Shown piece after piece: positions 55,300 through 64,000 of a DNA stretch of 64,000 nt. Where the stretch lies: NCBI GenBank assembly GCA_964016885.1, contig OZ024741.1, forward strand, positions 241,490,001 through 241,554,000, written 5' to 3'. This stretch comes from Eledone cirrhosa. Taxonomy: Eukaryota. The notes below the pieces were generated by a model, which saw only the letters and a program-made list of their open reading frames with translations, ran no database searches and was not told where the DNA came from. The position numbers were made by a program, and so were the translations under genes. The number at the start of each line of letters is the position of its first letter. Position 1 is the first letter of the stretch.

Positions 55300-55620
55300 A
55301 TAAGTGGAAAGAGTTCCATATGTCACAAACACTCCTTCCAGCGGGTCCTGTCAGAAGAAACCCTCTCCAACTGATCTGGCTGAATCCCCAAGTGAGACCA
55401 GTGCAGCTCATGGATGTTATCCAACCATCTTGCCGGATCTCTTGCCGGTTGGCTTGGCCTATAAAATCTGTCCAGCAATTCTTTTCCTGAGACATTCTAG
55501 CCACATGCCCATAGTATCAAAGATGTTGTCTTTCAATTTGGAGAAGTAGCGGCTCTACCGGGAGTGACTCTCTGATCTCCGAGCTATGCACTCTATCAAG
55601 TAATGTTGCTCCAAAGACCC
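55300..55620 (-). mobile_element. RTE family R2 3' fragment
   Basis: Homologous to 7464-7800 and 27470-27830. Confidence 0.75.
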
Positions 55621-55732
55621 TTCCTTATCTCAGAAATTCAGACATTAATTATTTCAGTTTCAAAACTTTTTCTCAGATCTCATTTACCAATCATGTACAC
55701 CCTAACACCCACCAATATATAACTAAGACTAT

Positions 55733-56130
55733 TGTGGATTGGCAGTATCGGTAGAGGGTCGGACGCCATGCTTTCTAGCATAGTTACGCCCCTTTACGAT
55801 CTGAATTCAAATCCCACCGAGGTTGACTTTGCCTTTCATCCTTACGAGGTCGATAGAATAAAGTACCAGTAATGCACTGGGTAATTGCTGGCCTTGTGCC
55901 AAAAGTAGAAACAATTATTTGCTATAACTAATGGTGGATTGGCAGTATCGGTAGAGAGTCGGACACCATGCTTTGAAGCATAGTTACGCCCCTTTACGGT
56001 CTGAGTTCAAATCCCGCCGAGGTTAACTTTGCCTTTCTTCCTTACGGGGTCGATAAAATAAAGTACCAGTAATGTACTGGGATAATGCTGGCCTTGTGCC
56101 AAAAGTAGAAACAATTATTTGCTATAACTA
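55733..56130 (+). mobile_element. Head-to-tail pair of SINE S1 copies
   Basis: 55733-55919 and 55933-56119, each followed by TTGCTATAACTAA. Confidence 0.9.
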
Positions 56131-56651
56131 AAATGTAAACAAATCTAAACCAAACTCATATTAGCCTCAAACTCAAGTAAGCACAAATCATAAACATACC
56201 ACACCATACCAGATATACATTAAATTCAAATATATCCTTCAATACCATATTCCAGCCCTCTCATCATCATTGTTTAATGTCTATTTTTCCATACTTCCAC
56301 ATTATGAGATAAGTCTGGCCAGCTGACCTCGCTGTACCTTGCTCAAATGCAACTCTATTTTGGCTGCGATTTTTTACAACTGTATGTCATTCCTGTCACC
56401 AACCACATTTAAAGTGTGGGATTGAGTAATCTCATTATGAGGGAGGTCTGGCCAGTGGGCTATGCTATGCCTTGCTCATAAGTAAAACAATAATCTATCT
56501 TTCTATTTCCTCTTTTATATCTCATCTATCTTCTGATGAAGGTCTAGCATCTGAAATGTTCACTCATTTCCTACTATATCAACTGTTAAACTAATATATA
56601 TCTTTATTGTACTGTAACGTTTCCTTGTGTTGTTTATCTGTTTACCTTTCG

Positions 56652-56699
<48 letters not shown>

Positions 56700-56793
56700 A
56701 ACACAATCAAGCACACACACACACATACACACATACACACAATCAAGCACACACACACACATACACAAACAAACACTCAATCACACACACTCA

Positions 56794-56870
<77 letters not shown>

Positions 56871-56924
56871 ATACACACATGTGTGTGTGTGTGTGTATGT
56901 GTGTGGTTTTGAGGTATGGGCACT

Positions 56925-57350
56925 GAACTTGGAGAATATACAAAGATAGACAGAAATGAATTGAGCCTGATCTATTGGATGTGTAATGTGAGTATATATA
57001 ATACATGAACAAGAAGGCACAGATGAGAGATGAGTTTAGATAATAACTGAGGATATAAGATGTAAGAGGAATCCTAAATAGAGGGGAAGAAAGAAGATTG
57101 CACTGGTACAAACATGTGCATGGATGGTGACAGTTGCGTGATGGAATGGCAGGAGTGCCAAGTGGAAACAAAATTATGGAAGAAGAAGGCTGGGAATGAC
57201 CTGGGGAGAGATGGTGAAAGCTGATCTCAGGATGCAGAACCTCACAAACAAGATGACAAATGAAAGAAACAAATGAAAAGATGTTGTATTGGAGAAGACT
57301 CATGAAACCCATTCAAGCATGGAAAACATGGAAAAATGATGCTGTTGATG
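56925..57350 (+). mobile_element. Old RTE 3' fragment
   Basis: Degenerate WMCNV, ERRLHWY.HV, RPGERW motifs. Confidence 0.6.
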
Positions 57351-57354
57351 GCGA

Positions 57355-57587
57355 TACATATATATAAACAATCACACACACACACATATATATATATATA
57401 TTATTCATAGATTTATATACATATATATATATATATATATATGCATACATACATGCAATTGCATATATATATATATATATACATTTATATATACATATAT
57501 GTGTGTGTGTATATATATATAGTGTGTGTATGTGTAAATAGATCGATAGATACATACATATACATATATACATTTATATATATATAC

Positions 57588-57621
<34 letters not shown>

Positions 57622-57974
57622 GTCTATATATATATATTTGTCTATATATATACACAGACATTCAATATGTCTACATGTATATATATATATATGTATAGGT
57701 ATGTGTATGTGTGTGTACGTATGTGTATATATATATGGATGTTTGCATGTATGTATGTATCTATGTATATTGGTGTGTATGTATGTGTATATATGTATGT
57801 TTATGTGTATGTGTGTGTATGTGTATGTGTGTGTGTATCTATCTATGTATGTATGTATATTTGTATGCACATGTGTATGTATGTATTTATGTATAGCTAT
57901 ATATAAATGTTTAGCTATATATAAATATGTTTTAAACACTCTTTGATTGTCATTTACATTGTATATATATATAT

Positions 57975-58051
<77 letters not shown>

Positions 58052-58251
58052 CACACTCACACACACATACATACACACACACACACACGCACACACACAT
58101 TCAATATGTCTATGTACAACAATAGTTCAGCTGCCAATCATATGTCTACAGAAGAACATATCAACCTTACCACATCCATCACCTCCACCACCACCACCAC
58201 CACCATTCCACCACCACTACTGCCACCACCACTATGTATTTATGTGCATAT

Positions 58252-58292
<41 letters not shown>

Positions 58293-58385
58293 TGCACAAA
58301 CATACACACACATACACATGCACACACGCACTCATACACACACATATAGTTACATACATACATGTATGCTTACATACATACAACT

Positions 58386-58440
<55 letters not shown>

Positions 58441-58870
58441 CATATGCATACAAATATACACACATACACACACATACAAATATATATACATACACACATA
58501 CATACACACATATACATACATACATATACATACATATACAAATATACATATACATAGATATACATACACATACAAATATACATACATACACACATGCATA
58601 CACATATACATACATACATACATACATACATACATACACAGACATATGCATACAAATATACATACATACATACATAGATAGATACACACACACATACACA
58701 TACACACACATACACATACATACACATAAACATACATATATACACATACATACACACCAATATACATAGATACATAATACATGCAAACATCCATATATAT
58801 ATACACATACGTACACACACACACACACATACCTACATATACACACATACCTACTTACGTATATACACAA
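57355..58870. repeat. Compound TA/TG/CA microsatellite field containing an inverted duplication
   Basis: 57705-57868 is the near reverse complement of 58648-58822. Confidence 0.85.
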
Positions 58871-59699
58871 GGGTATATAGACTGAAAAGTTTCACTAATT
58901 TTTTTACTAAATTCCTTTACTTAAAAGCAAATCAAAGATATTTTATTACATTGTGATGGTTTTTAAAAATATTATTGCTGTTGTTGATATTGTTGTAGTT
59001 ACTGCTGTTGTTATTGTTGTTGTTTTTATTGTGGTTGCATTTGTTACTGTTGTTGTTGTTGTTGTTTTCCTTCCAGATCTTTCCAAAAGTTTCTCGAAAC
59101 TTTATGAAATTGTATTTCTCAAATAAATCTTCCTAACATTGGCACAAGACCAGCAATTTGGTGGGAGAGAGAGAGAGGGGGAGAGAGATAGGGAGGGGGA
59201 GAGTGAGGGACATAGAGGGAGGGCGGGAGAGTGAGGGACATAGAGAGAGGGGGGGGGGCATAAAGAGAGAGGGGGAGTGCAGGAGAAAGAGAGAGAGGGG
59301 GTGAGGGACATAGAGAGAGAGAGAGAGAGAGAGAAACAAAGAGAGAGAGGAGAGAGAGATAGAGGGACAGAGAGAGAAAGAGAGAGAGAGAGAAAGAGAA
59401 GAAAGTCGATTATATCAACCCCAGTATATAACTGTTAATTCCTGATAACTCTTGTTGCACCAACGAGCCTCTACATGGTTATGCTACCTGTTAGAAATAA
59501 CAGTCAAATTCCTTGCTTCAAATCACACAACTACTTACTAAAAAAAAGACATATTTTGAAATGCAGTCCTGTGACCCCTGCACACGATAGATGGGATGGT
59601 CACCATTGGAATGTCTTTTAATCCTAGATCTATGCAATCAGAACTGACCTGGCTCTAAACAATAACCTTTATACATTTGGAGGTATGTTCTCCTTACCA

Positions 59700-60956
59700 G
59701 CACCACCACCATCACAACACTGTAACCACAAGACCTCCTTCATCCTGACCACCAATACTATCACCCTCATCACCACCAACACCACAACCACCACCACCAC
59801 ATCACCATCACCACCACCAACACCACAACCACCATATCACCATCACCATCACCACAACCACCACCATCACCACCATCAACACCACAACCACCACCACCAC
59901 CGCCATCACCATCACCACCACCAACACCACAACCACCACCATCACAAACATCACCATCACCACAACCACCACCACCTCATCACCATCACCACCACCAACA
60001 CCACAACCACCACCACCTCATCACCATCACCATCACCATCACCACCCCCCGACACCACCACCATCATCACCATCACCACCACCATCACCACAACCACCAC
60101 CACCTCATCACCATCACCACCACCAACACCACAACCACCTCATTACCACCACCACCACCACCACCATCACAACCACCATCACCACCATCATCACCATCAC
60201 CACCCTCAGACACCACCACCACCATCACCAACACCAACACCACCACCACCACCACCACCATTACCACCCCGGACACCACCACCACCATCACCACCACCAA
60301 CACCACCACCACCACCATCACCATCACCACCCCCGACACCACCATCACCACAACCACCACCACCTCATCACCATCACCACCACCAACACCACAACCACCT
60401 CATTACCACCACCACCACCACCACCATCACAACCACCATCACCACCACCATCACCATCACCACCCTCCGACACCACCACCACCATCACCACCACCAACAC
60501 CACCACCAACACCACCACCACCACCACCATCACCACAACCACCACCACCTCATCACCATCACCATCACCATCACCACCCCCCGACACCACCACCACCATC
60601 ACCATCACCACCACCATTACCACAACCACCACCACCTCATCACCATCACCACCACCAACACCACAACCACCTCATTACCACCACCACCACCATCACCATC
60701 ACCACCACCATTACCACAACCACCACCACCTCATCACCATCACCACCACCAACACCACAACCACCTCATTACCACCACCACCACCATCACCATCACAACC
60801 ACCACCACCACCACCATCACCACCACCAACACCACCACCACCACCACCACCATTACCACCCCGGACACCACCACCACCATCACCACCACCAACACCACCA
60901 CCACCACCATCACCATCACCACCCCCGACACCACCACCACCACCACCACCACCACC
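59700..60956. repeat. (CAC/CAT)n tract with ~270-bp internal duplications
   Basis: Direct inspection. Confidence 0.92.
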
Positions 60957-61510
60957 AGTAAATGCCAGGAACTCACATGGAATGGATTTGACAAAGACAA
61001 TGTTAAAAACCATTCCTCTGGTTTCTCGGGGGAGGGTTGGGGTGTCATAGGTGAAAAGATGGTGGAGGTCAGTGGAAGAGGTGGGTTGGGGCTGGTTGAG
61101 GATGGGCTGAGGTAAAGTTTGAGGTTGTTTGGAGAGGAGAGGAGGAAGGAAAGAGTTAATCCTTTAGGATTTGCTGGGTTTATCTCTATGGTATTCCTTC
61201 TAGTTACAGTTTGTGTGAGGTGTGTGTGTGTGTGGGTATGTCACTGTATGACACATACATACACATACATATGATGATGATATATATATATATATAGAAA
61301 GAGAGAGACACCCACCCTCACTCATGAATATGGATCTATGTGTATATATTCATCTTATATATATATGTGTGTATATTTATAGTTATATATATATATATAT
61401 ATATGTATGTATTCATCTTATATATATATGTGTGTATATTTATATATATATATATATATTTATATATGTATGTATTCATCTTATATATATATATGTGTGT
61501 ATATTTATAG

Positions 61511-61557
<47 letters not shown>

Positions 61558-61577
61558 TACACATATATATAAGATGA

Positions 61578-61681
<104 letters not shown>

Positions 61682-61695
61682 ATATATTTATATAC

Positions 61696-61730
<35 letters not shown>

Positions 61731-62199
61731 CATATATATATACATATATATATTTATGTGTGTATATATATCTATATATATACGTATATATGTGTGTGCG
61801 TATAATATGTATGTGACATGTCAATCACTTTAATCTGACAGTTCTCTTTCTCTCCGTCTCTTACCCCCCCCCCCCTACATCTATAATACTTACAAAACAT
61901 GGATTACTGTATCTTCATTGATAGAAGCAGGTCATATATAGTAGAAACATCATATCTGTGATGGACATTATGACTTGTTTTCTTCTCTCCTATACATAAA
62001 CTGTTCATACAGTTTCAAATTTAAGCAATTGCCTTTGTTTTACTCCACTGCACTACACTAACCATGCTTTGTTACATCGTTCACATGTGTATGTAGTGTA
62101 GGGTGAAATCATGCTTGTATGTCACTCTCGCTCTGTATGTATAAACACACACACACACACATGACTGTTCATACATATAGATACATACACACACATAAT

Positions 62200-62410
62200 G
62201 GTTTCTTATTTAGGCACAAGGCCAACAATTTTGAGGTTAAGGAAAATCTATTTAAATTAACCTCAGTAGTTGACTGGTACTTTATTTTATTGATCCAAGA
62301 AGGATGAAAAGTAAAGTTGACACAAGTGGGATTGGAACTCGGAATGTAAAGAGTCAGAATAGACACTTCAAAGCTTTTGTCTGACATTTTAATGATTCTG
62401 CCAATCCACC
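62200..62410 (-). mobile_element. SINE S1-related, degenerate
   Basis: GGCACAAGGCCA, CTGGTACTTTATTTTAT, GGAACTC motifs. Confidence 0.7.
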
Positions 62411-62640
62411 ACTCTAAACCAGCGAAATGAGAACTTTTATATATTACTAAACTCTTCCAAATTCTTGATTATTTAAAAAATTATTTCAAAATTATAAACA
62501 ATGTCTTCCATCAAAAATATGGTAACAAGAGGGTTACATATATTTTCATCAGATTAATGGCTAGAAATGCAGATGTATAAAATAATGGACTAAAATAATC
62601 AGGAAGCTGACTAGAATACCCACCTACTTATATATATATA

Positions 62641-63620
62641 CTTAGCTTTTGTTGAACTAGAGGAGGCCTTTCATAGGGTACCCCGATCCATCATGTGGTG
62701 GTCCCTAAGGAAACTAGGTGTAGAGGAATGGCTTGTGAGGACAGTGCAAGCTATGTACAGAGGTGCTGTCAGTAAAGTGAGAGTAGGAATGGAGTTTAGT
62801 GAGGAATTCCAGATACAAGTAGGAGTACATCAGGGTTCGTTCCTCAGCCCCCTCTTGTTCAGTATAGTCCTCGAAGCCATAACAGAGGAGTTTAGAACTG
62901 GCTGTCCATGGGAACTTCGCTATGCTGATGATCTGGTTCTTATAGCAGAATCAGTAGAGGAGCTAGAGAATAAATTCTGGCTATGAAAAGAGCAGTTACA
63001 ATCAAGAGGACTGAGAGTGAACCTAGCTAAGACAAAAGTGTTGATGAGTAGAAAAGAGGACAAAACTCTGATTCCGTCAGGGAAATGGCCATGTTCGATA
63101 TGTAGAAAAGGAACTGGCATAAATTCTATAAAATGTACGCAATGCAGATCTTGGGTACACATCTTGGGATAGCAGGCAAACTAACTGGTAAGGAAAACAT
63201 ATGCAGTAGATGTACAGGGAAACTTCACAGTAGTAATCGCATTGATAGACATATTTTTCAAATGCAGGTGGGTTCTATAGAAGTGGTTGATAGCTTCCGG
63301 TACCTAGGTGATCAGATTAGCATTGGAGGGGTGTGTTCCGAGGCCATAGTATCTAGAATAAGGACGGGTTGGAAGAAGTTTAGGGAGCTGCTTCCTCTGT
63401 TGACAAAGAAGGGTTTCTCCCTGCATACGAAAGGTCGGTTATATGATGCCTGTGTGAGATGCGCGATCCTGCATGGTAGTGAGACATGGGCAGCAACTGC
63501 AGAGGATATGCGACAGCTGGAGAGAAATGAACCAAGCATGCTCCGTTGGATGTGCAATGTCAATATGTGTGAACCACCAAGCATAGATGAGTTGAGAGAG
63601 AAACTGGGTATAAGAGGGAT
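62641..63620 (+). mobile_element. RTE LINE internal fragment (R1-related subfamily), decayed
   Basis: AFVELEEAFHRVPR, GVHQGSFLSPLLF, YADD, broken PHD, FRYLGD, ILHGSETW. Confidence 0.9.
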
Positions 63621-63640
63621 ATTTATTATGTATATATATG

Positions 63641-64000
63641 TATTTATTAAAATAACAGATTAAAGTTTAAGCAAAGAATTGCTGCCTTCACCCTTAACGG
63701 AATCTTCTGAAACTAAAAAAGTCAATCTGTGAACGCAGAAGTAAATATTTCAAAAAACGTTGCAACCAAAGGAAGACAGGAAGACGATACTTTAGTTCGT
63801 GGAAACGTTCCTGGCAAAGAACGGAAAAAAACGAAGATAATACGTTATTATTTGGTGCGGTGAAAACAATTACACGCAAAGACAAAACCACGTTTATGTT
63901 ATAAATGAAGTGATAGACTAATATTCTATTTAGGAAACTGAATGATTCTCGGCTTCAGAGTTAAGAATAAAGTAAATAAAATACAGAGGTAATTGAAATT
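63641..64000 (-). mobile_element. Family D pLTR/3' UTR, runs off the window
   Basis: Matches 36371-36660 and 24755-25130; abuts a TA tract. Confidence 0.85.

Noticed and set aside
59061-59126. Splice acceptor plus short terminal exon DLSKSFSKLYEIVFLK*
   Set aside because: Too short, with no partner exons
59685-61115. 476-aa His/Pro/Thr-rich ORF
   Set aside because: (CAC)n tract with frame-switching composition

Overview
AT-rich, repeat-saturated animal genomic DNA; the SINE/LINE repertoire and microsatellite load suggest an octopod cephalopod (inference). No host protein-coding gene can be supported, and most ORFs in the track are microsatellite translations. Contents: a 4-kb two-module ~20-bp satellite with higher-order structure (1-4025); minisatellites and long (TA)n/(CAC)n/(GGT)n tracts; a Chapaev3-type DNA transposon with CAC..GTG-like ends and TTA TSD (15110-17083); a stack of four R4/Dong-type RLE retrotransposons in a (TAA)n tract (19231-24476); RTE LINE fragments, one family with a PHD finger inside the RT; a CR1 fragment; two tRNA-derived SINE families; several MITEs; and a 5'-truncated Penelope-like (Naiad-like) GIY-YIG element (36305-37998, minus). 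The main hidden structure is a set of fold-back (inverted-repeat) insertions in (TA)n microsatellites, from several unrelated sequence families. Most carry a type I hammerhead ribozyme in the arms and a one-sided 30-90 nt tail with a GAGYRC motif. Several have non-canonical cores (CAGAAGA; U.U at the base of stem II), and the CAGAAGA family is physically linked to the GIY-YIG ORF. Ribozyme folds were read by eye and are untested.
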